Below are positions 25,101 to 35,940 of a stretch of DNA of 64,000 nucleotides, one piece after another (the stretch's first letter is position 1; the number at the start of each line of letters is the position of its first letter). Made by a program: the position numbers and the translations under genes. The notes under the pieces were generated by a model. It worked only from the letters and a program-made list of their open reading frames with translations. It did no database searches and was not told where the DNA came from. The stretch comes from Amoebophrya sp. A120 (lineage: Eukaryota > Protista > Dinoflagellata), in contig CAJINV010000010.1 in the NCBI GenBank assembly GCA_905178155.1, forward strand, positions 1,440,094-1,504,093. The letters are read 5' to 3'.

Positions 25101-28100
25101 ACAAGCCTTGCATTCTTCCAGACCCAGACACTTTTGCATTTGATAAGGGAAGTTTCCGGGGAGTCTGCAGGGCGGGAGGATACCGTGAAAGGATCATCCA
25201 GCGGGCGCCTTTCCTGGCTATGCATTGCAAATATGTCTGGGTCTGGAAGAATGCAAACTTCGCATGCATCTTTTCCATGCCCTTGCCCCATGAGGTTTGG
25301 AGTGCAGGGCGTAGCATGACAGGCTCTGCGACGTCTCAATCATGCCTATCCTGCGCGACAAACTGCCTCTAAACTTGTTCAAAAGTTGTAGCTTTTGGGA
25401 GGCATGCAACACAAATTTTTGTACGATCTAGACTTAGCAACATGACAAGTTCGCGCCCTCCCAGACGCAGACACATTTGCAATGCATACTGGCCCGATAA
25501 CAACTACTTGGAGCATTTTCAGGCAATTATATGCATTGCAAAAGCATCTGCTCGTACTACCTAGTCATAAATTCTTGCATGAAATTGAACAAAATTTTCA
25601 GCAAGATGAACATGAGTTATGGAATTTGTAATGCTGAATCAGATAGGAAATAACCAGGTCAGCATGACTGATGCAGCAGGCTTGATGCCACTAGTACGCC
25701 TACGAGACTTTTGCACACCAGTATACGCAACGAGATCCAGCAACAGCGGCCTCGAGGAAGACAATAATTTTCAGCCGTTGATAAGAAGGAATTTGGCTTC
25801 GTTAGTCGAAGACAGTCCGATCATGCTATGAAAGTGCGAACCTCCCCGGCCTTCCCCTTACAACTTGTATTGCAAGATACCAATTCCAGCTCCAGCACCT
25901 CTTGCATTGAAGCACTGTTTGCGTGACAAATTTTGGAATCTCAAACAGTACTACTACAGTCCGTGTCAACATGCGAAGGGCCCTCCACTTCTTCCGTTGC
26001 TTGTCTTGCTGCACATGCACCTCAAATGAGGGGGAGGGCGGGGACGAGTTGTGCATTTTCATACATGCTGGCTGCCTTATTTCACGAGATCGAGCAAGAC
26101 GCGCTGGACAATCCCCTGGACGCAATCCCATTGTCTCAGCATATGAATTGCAAAAGTCTCGGTACTATAATGTAGAAATTGCATTACAAATAACTTGCTC
26201 AGCGTGGTTACAAGTGGAATTTGTCATGCTTATTTTCCTTGAGCAGGAGATTTGTCATGAGTAATCGTGATATATTGCTACGAGTGCGAAACTTTTGCAC
26301 AGAATAGAGCAAACTGTTCAGCAACAACGGAAATATCAGTACGGGAAGACTGAGGCAGGGGGAGTATTGTCTCAAGAATTCTTGCATAAGTGGTTCTTTC
26401 TGTGCGTAATCAGATAAGATCGTACTATTGAGACCACATCAGACATGAATGGCGCCCTCATACTTAGCTGCACCGTGCAGGATTTATTTGATATCTGAAA
26501 CTTTTATGCAAGAATTTCGCTCTCCCCGTGTCCTTCCCCTACTTATGTGGTGCGATTCCCAAGTCGAGTAAATTTAGTAAATTGAAAATATTTTTTTGAA
26601 AAAGAAAAACAAGAACCGTGGCGAGGCGGTGACGCGAAGTGATTTGGCCGGATGGAGGTTTTGGAAACGGTAGCCGGACTAGCTTGACCAGCTGGCGCCT
26701 TTGCTAAAGGTCGCAGCGTGCGGTCGCAAATATTTTCGGCACTAGAGTTCCATCGAGAGGGTCGCGCGCGCGCGGCGCGAAGAATGGCTCTCGGACTTGC
26801 CTGGCCACACGCCGGACTTTTTTTTCCGCGAGCAGAAAAAAAATGGCGCGCCAGAAAAAAAGTGTAACGCACCCAGAAAAACCGGAAAAATCCGGCTTTT
26901 TCTGGTGCGTCACACAAAAAGTAAATTGAGTAAATTGAGATTTTTAGGTCGTGTTCCCTGACCAGTGGAATTCGTTCCCAATACGCCTGCACAAAAAATC
27001 GGACCTTTTTTTCTCAATTTACTCAATTTACTTTTTCGCCGGGCGCTTTTTTTTCCCGGTTTTTTTCGGCAAGCCTGCCGTTTTCTTTTTTTGCGTCGAC
27101 GATTTTTCTTTGCCAGAAAACTTCGGTTATTTTTTTCCTGGGCTGAGATCTGGCCGGATTTGTATAGCATGTGGCGCGGAGAAATCGCAGCAACAGTCTC
27201 TTCCCAATAGTAGTAGCTCCATCTAGCAGCACTAGCCGCGAAGCGGTGCAATAGTCGGCGACTGTGGGGACAACCGAAAGGAGCAAACAGGGCGACACAG
27301 GAGACGGAGACAACAGCTGCGGGGCTACATAGCGAAGTCATGTCGAAAAAGCGGCGCCATTTTTTTAATTTCAATCTACTCAATTTCCTCGACTTGGGAA
27401 TTTGGACCTCTTGACCCTACCATAAGCTCCAATACAACGAAGCCCGGGAACCAACGCCGCCGCAAGCCAGTAGCTCCGGAACCACGACCAACACGTTTAC
27501 GTTCAATTCTTCGAGTATGACAATACCTCCTCTCCCCCTCATTTGTCATGCAAAGTACCAAGCCGACTCCTTTCCCTTAAGCACTGCTTGCATGACAGAT
27601 TTCGGAAGCTGAGCCAGCACATGAATCGGTCGCGAAGTTGTCATGCAAAAGCTGCATTTATACCAGCCCTTGTGTTGCTGCTTATGCCTTTCAAACGAGG
27701 GGGGGCGGGAGTTGTGCACTGTCATATCGAGCAACAACAAAACACAATCTTCTTCTTCCTCCGCCGAAAAGCTGCACCACGTGCCGAAAAACGAGATAAG
27801 TTCGGTGACCAGCTTATAACGGTAAAATTGGTATTCGTATTCAAAAAACGCAAAAAATTTTCCCCCCGTCAAGGGCTGCCGGCGACGCAACTGAAGGTGG
27901 TGCTGCAGCGAGAGGTCGAGAACAGAACAGGTAAGTAGGCGGCGTTCGGCGACCCTGCTAATTTTGAGTGGTATTTTTGGAATAATGGAATGAATCTACA
28001 TTAACCTAGCTAGCTTGTCGTGGTGGTAGATAGTTCAAAATGTAGCATGCACTTGTAGATGTGATTTCGCATATCGTGACTTGTCGCCGATTTTTCTGGA

Positions 28101-31055
28101 GAGACGTAGCTCGACCAGGCTGCGCATGTTGGGCACCACTTGGTGCCCAAGTCGGACACCGTGGTGGACCTGCTGTTGGACCGAGCCGGGCGACCCCAAC
28201 TGATTATCTTACTCGCCGAACATCTCAAGTGCTAGCTATTTTGAACTATCTAACACCACGACAAGCTCATACACTTCATTCGCATTCGCATTCGTCATCA
28301 AATAGCCTCGCATTCAAAAATAAAGAACAAAAGGTCGGCGCAGACGAGGTTGAAGCCGGGGGTCGTCGACGTTGGACGGTGGACGGAGGAGGTTGTTCTG
28401 GTGGGCTGAGAGGGGGCTCTAAATTTTTTGTATATTGAATAAGAATACCAATTTTACCGCTATACAGCTCTCAAGTGCCGAAAAACGAGATAAGTTCGGT
28501 GACCAGCTCTCAAGAAATGCGGACGACACCGAAAAAGAACAACAACAATCGCGGGCAAGTGTCACAATATTCACAGTAAATTTCCCGTACACGTACACAT
28601 GCGGTCTCTGCATGACAAAAATTGGCTTCGATCCTAGTCTAGCATTACAAGTTTTACGCTTCAAAGTGGTGAAATTTGTGATGTATATCTTGTACATGTA
28701 CGGGAATAAATTTGTATTGCATACAACAATCACCGACACAAGTCTCACGGATCCGGCGACGAGCTCCCGAGAGTTTAAATCCAGACCCACCTCTGCCGGG
28801 GAGCACGACCTGAATTCGGAAATCACGCCCTCCATTGTGCAGCCGTTCACCATGGCACAGTATGCCGTGCAGCAAGCCTTGCCGCCGGAATTCGGGGCAG
28901 AAGGAGGTATCTTGATGGTGCGCAAAAAATATTTCATCTCGTTTTTAATAATCGTCCACCTCCCTCAGGGACGTTCTAGTGCAGAGCAATGAACATTAAC
29001 TGTTGAGGACTTATTTTTGAAATGGAGGTCATGGTGATGATCATGATCATCTCTTCATGTGCTTCAACATTTCTTGTTCGCTAGCGTTCTAAACAACTTT
29101 TTTTTTAGTAGAAGTCAGCCCAGAAATGCATTTGTCGACGTCCTCGTACTGCAGTATGAAGCTGCATCAGAGTCAAGACCCACCTTGTCCCGTCCCATCA
29201 ATATCACAGCCCAGCAACAAGGCTCCAAGTCCAAACTGTCCAAAACCCCGAGTCTGGGGCATTCGAGCAACAGCAAGCGGCCGTCATCAAACGGATCGAT
29301 TTTGCAGGACGAGTCGGCCGTGCAGTCACAGGCCCTGAGCAATTACAATAACGGAGGTGGGGTTCCAGCAGGAGAGCATAGCCAGAGCATATCAAATGCA
29401 AAAATGTCTGGGTCTGGAAACTTGTGATGCTGGGTGGCGTATCATGAGGAGGCCAGAAGTGCTGGCTCAGCATGACAAGTTTCTGAGCTTCTAGGTGTTG
29501 CTTATTCTGCATGACAAACTGCGTTTCTGCATGACAGAAAAAAGGAGCTCTTGAGTAACGTGCGCGACAGATTTAAGAGTCATGCCAGACAAGCATGACA
29601 AACATGCACTCTTCCAGACCCAGACACTTTTACATTTGATAGAGCATAACAGCACACAACAAGCAGAGCAGTCGATCTTCGTCGAATAAAAAACCACCTT
29701 ATCACAGGAAAAAGTGTTAACGTTAACAATGTTCACAGATTGCAGTCATGCATCACAAATGTAGTCCAATATGCATGCTATGCATGACAAATTCTGACAC
29801 GTTTTGTGATGCATTGCTGCATCACAAATTCCGTTAACGTTAACTAACACTTTTTCCTGTGATACACCTTCGACGGAGCGGAAAAACAGCAGCAGTGCCG
29901 GTGGTGGTGGAACGGCTTCCACTTCAGCGCAGGCTGAACGGCGGAATAGTAACTATCTGATGAACAAAAAGACCCCCACGACAAAAGCCTTCCAGTGGAC
30001 CTGTTTTGACGATATGGAGATGGTGAAAGCGATATTTTCTGGCAATCCGACTTCTCCACTGAGTCACATGCTAAACATAAGGAGACTCGACGTCCTGTCC
30101 AACGACTTGCGGAAGCTGGTGCACAGCTGTTTAGTCTGGGACCCGGTCTTATCCTGTGCAAAAGTATCGTACTAGTATCTATAAATCGCATGACAAATTT
30201 CCTCCGCATGAAAGATGAAATTTGTAATGCGAATTTACCCTAACAATGGAATTTGTAATGCATAAATGCGATTACGATTAGTACGACTACGATACTTTTG
30301 CAGTTCATACGTCTTCCGCCCAGCCTCGAGCTCGTTCCAGTTACCCGAAATCCAGGCACAGTACGTCATGGAGATCGCGGTATGGATTGCAAAAGCATCG
30401 TACTAGTATGAATTGCATTACAATAAATTCACATAGCATTACAAATTTTAAATTTGTATGTAATGCGAATATGCCTCAAGAAAAAGACTTGTAATGCATA
30501 AACGCAATTAGTACAACGAGTGCGATACTTTTGCAATGCATACGCGGCGAAACTAAGCGAATCCCGCAAGGCCATCGACGGTCAACCGGGGAACGCCGGC
30601 CTGCTCATATGCATTGAAAATATGTCGGGGTCTGGGAGAATACAAGTACTTATATTGTCATGCTTGTCTCACATGACTATTGAACCTGTAATGCGTGAGC
30701 AGGAAAAGAGCCTCTTGCCCGTCATGCAAAAATGTAGTTTGTCATGCGGAAAGCGAAAGAACACCACTTGTCATGCGTGGCTGCCTATTCCAGTGTCCCC
30801 ACAATTCATAAATTAGCATCACAAGTTTCCAGTAGACCAAGACACATTTGCAGTGCATAGCACAGCTCCGGATTCAATTCCGCATCCGCCACCCCAAACT
30901 TGCTGCCGCAGAGACGGCAGGGGCTGCAGGGCCGAGGGCGGGCAGTCGCGGCGCCGCCCAAAGCAACGGACCGGTGTGATGTGGCGATGAACCCAAAAAA
31001 GCGAAGTCCAGAAAACCGGGGGGCGAATACCGGTGGACAATCGGAGCAGGCGTGA
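16134..31055 (+). CDS. Very large receiver-like domain plus Ser/Thr pseudokinase gene, ~35 introners and several GT-AG introns
   Basis: In-silico splicing gives VFEKIVSEGRLGVTW (I), RCMRVVEK (II), HPNILCCHGMLHSTNHLYFIMD (IV-V), CHRDIKPEI (VIb), VKVTDFT (VII), YMAPE (VIII), ADVWGLGILL (IX) and LSNDLRKLVHSCLVWDPVFRP (XI). Joins near 20.9-21.1, 24.4-24.7, 26.4-27.4 and 28.9-29.1 kb are not fully resolved. Confidence 0.7.
16180..16288. mobile_element. Introner family D
   Basis: TATGCACAGAAAAAAACCCATCC...GGATGGGTTTTTTTCTGTGGATA; DR TTCGG. Confidence 0.9.
16636..16792. mobile_element. Introner family A
   Basis: A-type TIR; DR TTCTC. Confidence 0.9.
16850..17128. mobile_element. Introner family E
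   Basis: TATCCTGAGGAAAAACGTCCCCAC...GTGGGGATGTTTTTACTCAGAATA; DR CCGAC. Confidence 0.9.
17170..17405. mobile_element. Introner family C
   Basis: C-type TIR; DR CCCAT/CCGAT. Confidence 0.88.
17474..17654. mobile_element. Introner family A (diverged)
   Basis: A-type TIR; DR TTGAC/TTGGC. Confidence 0.8.
17702..17810. mobile_element. Introner family D
   Basis: Near-perfect ~30-bp TIR TATCCAGGAAAAAACACCCATCCCCATCCA; DR ACCGG. Confidence 0.92.
17941..18108. mobile_element. Introner family G
   Basis: TATGCAA...AAATTTCCCGTACATGTAC / GGGAAATTTACTGTGGATA; DR CAGTA. Confidence 0.88.
18363..18581. mobile_element. Introner family C
   Basis: C-type TIR; DR GGATC. Confidence 0.9.
18699..18948. mobile_element. 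Introner family E (diverged)
   Basis: E-type body; DR degenerate; frame restored as DDRLPIP. Confidence 0.75.
18997..19146. mobile_element. Introner family A
   Basis: DR ACCCG/ATCCG. Confidence 0.88.
19248..19399. mobile_element. Introner family A
   Basis: DR GGCAG/AGCAG. Confidence 0.88.
19528..19677. mobile_element. Introner family A
   Basis: DR AGAAT. Confidence 0.9.
19717..19967. mobile_element. Introner family B
   Basis: DR GATCA. Confidence 0.9.
20063..20369. mobile_element. Introner family F
   Basis: TATGGAAGTGTCAG...CTGACACTCCCATA; DR degenerate (AACCT/AAGCG). Confidence 0.85.
21289..21424. mobile_element. Introner family A
   Basis: DR TGGAA/TGGAG. Confidence 0.88.
21509..21728. 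mobile_element. Introner family H
   Basis: TATGCAAAGAAAAAAGTGTTACAG...CTGTAGCAGTTTTTTCTCGGGATA; DR GGCAG/GACAG. Confidence 0.85.
21819..21974. mobile_element. Introner family A
   Basis: DR CTGGA/TTGGA. Confidence 0.88.
22282..22509. mobile_element. Introner family C
   Basis: DR GCTGC/GTTAC; removal gives GLLSSMEKHPNIL. Confidence 0.88.
22566..22807. mobile_element. Introner family B (eroded right TIR)
   Basis: DR GCTGC; removal gives GMLHSTNHLYF. Confidence 0.85.
23259..23440. mobile_element. Introner family B (short)
   Basis: DR CAAGC/CAAAG. Confidence 0.82.
23719..23869. mobile_element. Introner family A
   Basis: DR CAGAG. Confidence 0.9.
23942..24197. mobile_element. Introner family B
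   Basis: DR AACGC. Confidence 0.9.
24881..25145. mobile_element. Introner family B
   Basis: DR AGGGA. Confidence 0.9.
25219..25488. mobile_element. Introner family B
   Basis: DR CTGGC. Confidence 0.9.
25527..25725. mobile_element. Introner family A (diverged)
   Basis: DR GGCAA/CGCAA. Confidence 0.75.
25827..26063. mobile_element. Introner family C
   Basis: DR CATGC. Confidence 0.9.
26142..26306. mobile_element. Introner family A
   Basis: DR CAGCA/GAGCA. Confidence 0.85.
26558..27398. mobile_element. MITE / fold-back-like element inside an intron of the pseudokinase gene
   Basis: Left end CCCAAGTCGAGTAAATTTAGTAAATTGAAA; right end reverse-complements to CCCAAGTCGAGGAAATTGAGTAGATTGAAA; internal inverted copies of AGTAAATTGAGTAAATTGAG at ~26920 and ~27013. 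Confidence 0.75.
27516..27726. mobile_element. Introner family C
   Basis: DR TCGAG. Confidence 0.88.
27781..28513 (+). repeat. 39-bp exonic tandem duplication (VPKNEISSVTSSQ x2), first copy split by an introner
   Basis: GTGCCGAAAAACGAGATAAGTTCGGTGACCAGCT at 27781 and 28475. Confidence 0.85.
27815..28464. mobile_element. Long introner family J (650 bp, ~50-bp TIR)
   Basis: TATAACGGTAAAATTGGTATTC...GAATACCAATTTTACCGCTATA; DR CAGCT. Confidence 0.9.
28568..28723. mobile_element. Introner family G (opposite orientation to 17941)
   Basis: TATTCACAGTAAATTTCCCG...TTTGTATTGCATA; DR CACAA/CAACA. Confidence 0.85.
29390..29641. mobile_element. Introner family B
   Basis: DR GAGCA. Confidence 0.9.
29700..29864. 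mobile_element. Introner, H-like
   Basis: TATCACAGGAAAAAGTGTTA...TAACACTTTTTCCTGTGATA; DR CACCT. Confidence 0.9.
30150..30309. mobile_element. Introner family A
   Basis: DR GGTCT/CGTCT; removal gives WDPVFRP. Confidence 0.88.
30381..30542. mobile_element. Introner family A
   Basis: DR CGCGG. Confidence 0.9.
30608..30859. mobile_element. Introner family B
   Basis: DR GCTCA/GCACA. Confidence 0.85.
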
Positions 31056-32604
31056 AAATAACGATTTAAGTTGGTGCGCTGTACTTTCAGGAGTACTGAC
31101 GTAGCAGACGGATTACAAATATACTTTACTTGAATTACATTTACAAATATACTTTACCTGCTGAAAACTGAAATACTAAAGATACCAAAATCAAATTCAA
31201 TTCCAAGCACATATTTCGATAGAGTACAGAAATAAGACTTCCTCACCTGAGAGGTAGCTTGAGGACGCGTAGTTACACAAACAAAAGGCAATAGTAACAC
31301 AAACAAAAAGTAGTGAAATAGCAAGCAGAGCAACTCAAACATTGTCGAGAGAAATATAGCATCATTCCCTTGTAAAAAAACGAAACGGCAGAAATACCCA
31401 CGCTAACTGTAATTATTTTTTCGTTCCTGTGTGTCTGATACTCTTACTGTTCAGAAGCACCACTAGACTTACTGAGTGTAGTCCTTCTACTGGACTGTTC
31501 CAGATTTTAGAAACGCAAAAAGATGAACACCTTACTTACTCGGAAATAAACAGGTGGATGCGCATGATTATGATATCACGCTTCCACTTTTGGAAGCTGA
31601 ACATTGTGATTGCGGAAGATAAAACCCTTCAAATTTCACTTCTTCAAAAAATTGATGAGCTATCGGTCTATATTCGGTACGAGTAGTAGTTCAGTACACA
31701 CATCATAAGGTTGCAGTTGCTCGTCCGTCCCATAGTTGTATCCTGCTGACATGTGAAGAGCAATCATATGTAAGTAAAATAAATCGCATAAGTGGTAAAG
31801 TTTCAGAAACTGTTATGATTATGTTGAAGGCTGTAAAAGCTTTGTTTTTGAACGAGGTAAAAATCTACTACTGGACGAAGACCCAAACGTTCTCTGATGG
31901 TGTGTAGGTGAGAAGGATGCCAGGTGACAATGATGATAATCATTTACGCGATGAAACGATTTTGATACGGACGGGAGCGAGCACGCGCCGCTGGCGCAAC
32001 CAAAGTGGTGGCCTGTTGCTGTTGAGGGGATCGGTTGCTGCTTATGTGTTACAATTGCTTTTGCTGTCTTGCACCACACGCGTGTGTATATCGGATCTAA
32101 AAAATACACGACGACCGAATTTTGCAGCCTCACTCAATCGGAATGATAGAAAGCTCAGAAGTTGATCTCTCTTCAATCAAGGAGGCTCACAAATCATATG
32201 ATCGTGTTTGTGTCCCTTACAGCAAGTTCGCCGACGAGGAGGCCACCAACAGTCTTTTCCGCACAATTAGGTCTGCTCTGCTAGTAGTTCCTCCTCCTCA
32301 CACAGGTTTTACTGAAAAAAAAAGGATCAACAAAAAGGGAGGTGTCAGATTCAGATAAGCAGGGAATGTAGGGCTACATCGCCATCATGGCCATGGACAT
32401 GGAGAAAAATCCTAAATCGGATCTGTCGTGTCTACTCAGTGTGGCCTAGTATCTCGTCAAGATGAGCCTTAACCTCCACCTCTACCGCAGTGAGCCACTT
32501 ATCCTTACGCTGGAGGAATTATGACAAACAAACTCATCTTCCCAATATCGATCCGAAAGACGTGGTAAACGCGGCAAAGCTTTTCGTTTACACAAAAAAA
32601 AAAA

Positions 32605-34026
32605 ATGTCGCTCCCGTCCGCCGCCTCGGTGAAGCTAGCAAGGAAATCCATGCAAAAATTCTACGCTGGGAAAACCGGTCGTGGGAGGGATTACCTGCTT
32701 TGCTCCAGCCGAACCGCAACTGGTGGTGCGAGTGCTGCAAAAGACCACGGTCAGGCTGAAATTTCTGCTGGTGCGCGACCTGATATAATACAGCAAGTAG
32801 GGGCGGCACAGGATGGAGGAGCTCCAGGTGGAGAAGATTATGAAAAACTGCGCAAGAGGACGAGCACCCGCTTCGAGTCGCCCGACGCATGCCCACCAAC
32901 ATTAGAGTTCGACGAACAAATAGGACCGGCGCCGGACGAACTTGAGCCGCGGCCAGAGAGTTTAACATGCCTTGGGAAAATAAATGCGAATGATTTATTT
33001 GAGCGACCTGCCGCCATTGCCAAGGATAAAGGAGCAGCTCAACAAGCTCGCGCACCGCCACTGCCCCTGCAGGAGCAGCAGACCATTCCATTCTCCCGCG
33101 TCTTCGCCGACCGCTTCGCCGCGGCGCTGCGCCGCGTGATGAAGCTGCGAGAACATGAGACTCTGGAGAAATGGCACGAGACGATTGAAAATTTCGACCC
33201 ACAGCGATCCGTCCGAGCGGCGAAGAGAAAACTCGGGTTTCTATTGCGGGGACAGCAGCAGGAGCAGGATCTTCCGGAAACAGGAGAGGAGACCGCTGTG
33301 CTGGCACAAAACGAGGAAGTTTCTGTTGCGGACAACCCAACGCCGAGGGCTGCTGCAGCGGACCTGGGAGCCGACCAAACTCATGAATCGATCGAGGACG
33401 TTTACCATGACTTTCTACAAGCCGTTGTCTTCCCGCATTTGCAACAGGCGATTTCTGATGCGGGTGGCGGATCGGGCACGTCGGGAACGCAAGATATAAA
33501 CAACGCGACAAATTATTGCTCTGAAGACAGCACACGAGCAGGCCGCTCCTCCGACGACAAACAAGTACTAGAAACCCACTTTTTCGTCCAAGCGACCCCT
33601 TGCATTCGCGTGCAAACCCCGTCTACCCAGCGACTCACCCTCCCGCACATCGACGCGATGTACGGCCACCAACCCGGGCAGATCAACTTCTGGCTTTCGT
33701 TAAACGAAACCGACGGCACGGTCAAGGGGTCGAATTCGCTTTTTTCCGAATCCTTTCCGAACCGGGGCGATTTCCGCAGTTTCGACGTCTGCCGGGGGGA
33801 GCTGGTGCGGTTCTACGGGAATAAGTGTCTGCACTTCACGGAGCCGAATAAGACTGAGTGGAGTCGGGTGAGCTTGGACTTCCGCATCGTGCCGGGCAGT
33901 TGCTTCGAGCTGGATTGGCCTGGGGGGAAGGATCCGAAGGGCCGGCCGAAGTTTCGGGTCGGGGAAGGACAGTATTATCGGCGGATAGACGTATTAGAAG
34001 GTCAACTGGAAGTTGTAGGCCTGTGA
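32605..34026 (+). CDS. StrG-like 2OG-Fe(II) dioxygenase-fold protein
   Basis: 473-aa ORF; C-terminus has PHIDAMYGH (HxD), INFWL, SESFPNRGDF, FYGNKCLH (distal His) and RVSLDFR (RxS). The true start may lie further upstream. Confidence 0.7.
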   Translation: MSLPSAASVKLARKSMQKFYAGKTGRGRDYLLCSSRTATGGASAAKDHGQAEISAGARPDIIQQVGAAQDGGAPGGEDYEKLRKRTSTRFESPDACPPTLEFDEQIGPAPDELEPRPESLTCLGKINANDLFERPAAIAKDKGAAQQARAPPLPLQEQQTIPFSRVFADRFAAALRRVMKLREHETLEKWHETIENFDPQRSVRAAKRKLGFLLRGQQQEQDLPETGEETAVLAQNEEVSVADNPTPRAAAADLGADQTHESIEDVYHDFLQAVVFPHLQQAISDAGGGSGTSGTQDINNATNYCSEDSTRAGRSSDDKQVLETHFFVQATPCIRVQTPSTQRLTLPHIDAMYGHQPGQINFWLSLNETDGTVKGSNSLFSESFPNRGDFRSFDVCRGELVRFYGNKCLHFTEPNKTEWSRVSLDFRIVPGSCFELDWPGGKDPKGRPKFRVGEGQYYRRIDVLEGQLEVVGL

Positions 34027-34867
34027 TTGTATTGTGAAAATGAATACGAACGACCAAAGCGACACTACTTCTGAGAACTACTAAGTGCGAAAGCTCCCTT
34101 TGCTTGCGCGAAGGTACGAAAATCAAGCAGAATTCCGCAGCTCAGCGGCGTAAATCGCCACCGTTTCGGCAACATGGCGGCTGTTGCGACAAATACCAAA
34201 GAAGTAAGCTTCTAGCTGCTGCAGAACTCAAAATTTTTCTAGGTGTAGCAGTTCTTGTTGTTCACGGCTTTCATCATATCATGCATCAGTAAAAAAAGTT
34301 CAAGTTGCATGCGATTTTGTGCATGAGCATGATATTGCGGAATGGAAACACTCGGTCACTATTCGTTCTTGATCTGCTGTAACCAGCGTCCCGGGACGAA
34401 CCTCCCGCATGACGACCATCGGCCTTTGGGAAGGATCTTCTTTCGGTCGTGCATCCGAGCTCGAGCTAGCTGTGGTAGCTCCGGCGGTCGGTTCACCAAC
34501 AACAGATTTATGATTTTTATGATTTCATTGAAAATAAAAAAAAAAAACCTCTGACTTCGTGTCCTTGTTGATCTCTTCCTCGTGTTTGAGCGAGTCTTCA
34601 GTTTCCTTTGTTCCGAATAACGCAGGGCCTCGCACAGGGGACAATTAGCATATAGAAATTTGCAAGAAAATTATGAAGCGAGTATCGTACCACGCGCCGC
34701 ACTGTAAATAGATGAGGTCCTACTTGGCGCGGTTTTTACCTCCTTTCAGTAGGAGCGCAGAGGCGTATAGTCCTGCCGCTCTATGCTTACTAGCACCATC
34801 GCAATGAAAGCGTCTCTCTTTCCTGCCGTGAGAAACAAAGCACCGGCTGCGCAAGCAAAAATAAACC

Positions 34868-35940
34868 ATGCTCATCAACATCGTTGGCATCATCTACATC
34901 CTTGCGGGCATTTTGCCCTGCATGATGCTGTTCATCGCCAAGGATGACATGTGCGATGTATGAACTGCAAAAGCATCGTACCCGTAGTAATTGCAGTCAT
35001 GCATCACAGATCTTTTCCTTAAGGTAAATCCGCATTACAGATTTAATTTGTAATGGTAAGGCAATTTGTAATGCATCTTTACGAGTGCGATACAATACTT
35101 TTGCAGTGCATACGATGGATCCAGCGACAACCCTGACTGCCCACACCCATCCGTTTCCGACGTGGAGCACCAATCCGACCTCCGACCGGCTATAATCGCG
35201 ACCAGTGTGCTCCGGTTGTTCGTGTGCGGAGGGATACTCCTCGTTTCCGGCGTGAATACAGAAATGACATCAAATAGTCCGATAAAACCCACGACAAGAA
35301 GCAGTGCAGGAGCTTCAGCCGACGATACAGAGATTTCCTGTGACTGCGTCGCCTGCAAGCCGCTTTTCATCGTCGGCTGGGCGATCTGCGATATTGTGCA
35401 GCTGATGGTCTCGAACAAATCCAACGCGACGATGCACAATACGCATTGCAAAAGTGTCGCACTAGCTCTAGTATAAATTGCATTACAAATAATTTTCTCA
35501 GGAGCAAAAATGCTATTTGTCATGCTAGTTCAGGTAGAGAATTGGATTTGTCATGCATAACTGCAATTGTTACGAGTGCGATACTTTTGCAGATGATGCA
35601 CAACGTGTTTTCCCAACTCGCGCAGATTTGTCTCGTCTTGTCGCATTGGATCCACATCAGAGGGGTGTTTTCGTCCGGTGGCGGCAGCGGGTCTGGGTCT
35701 GGCATGAAGACCAGTCCAGAAAGTAGTACTTCTGTCGGAGGGATGAACGGCAGTCCGGAAATAGCGTTTGCCTGTGGGATGCTGGCCGTTCTTGCGATGA
35801 TGGCCTTGATCGGTGTGGGTTTCTTCTTGATGGCGAATTTAGGAAATACAAGCGCGAACGTCGCGTGGTCAAATGCGCAGTGGATGGCCGTGGGCATGCA
35901 GGCAGGACTGTTTTTCTGTACGGGATTCACGATACTTTGA
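34868..35940 (+). CDS. Multi-pass membrane protein of unknown family (2 introners)
   Basis: The spliced frame MLINIVGIIYILAGILPCMMLFIAKDDMCDG...AGLFFCTGFTIL* is open and has several hydrophobic segments. Confidence 0.65.
34959..35112. mobile_element. Introner family A
   Basis: DR CGATG. Confidence 0.9.
35440..35598. mobile_element. Introner family A
   Basis: DR CACAA. Confidence 0.85.

Noticed and set aside
16180-30859. Recurring repeats separated by short unique sequences, read as a CRISPR or repeat-spacer array
   Set aside because: The unique segments are exons that join into one kinase reading frame, and the repeats are TIR elements with TSDs.
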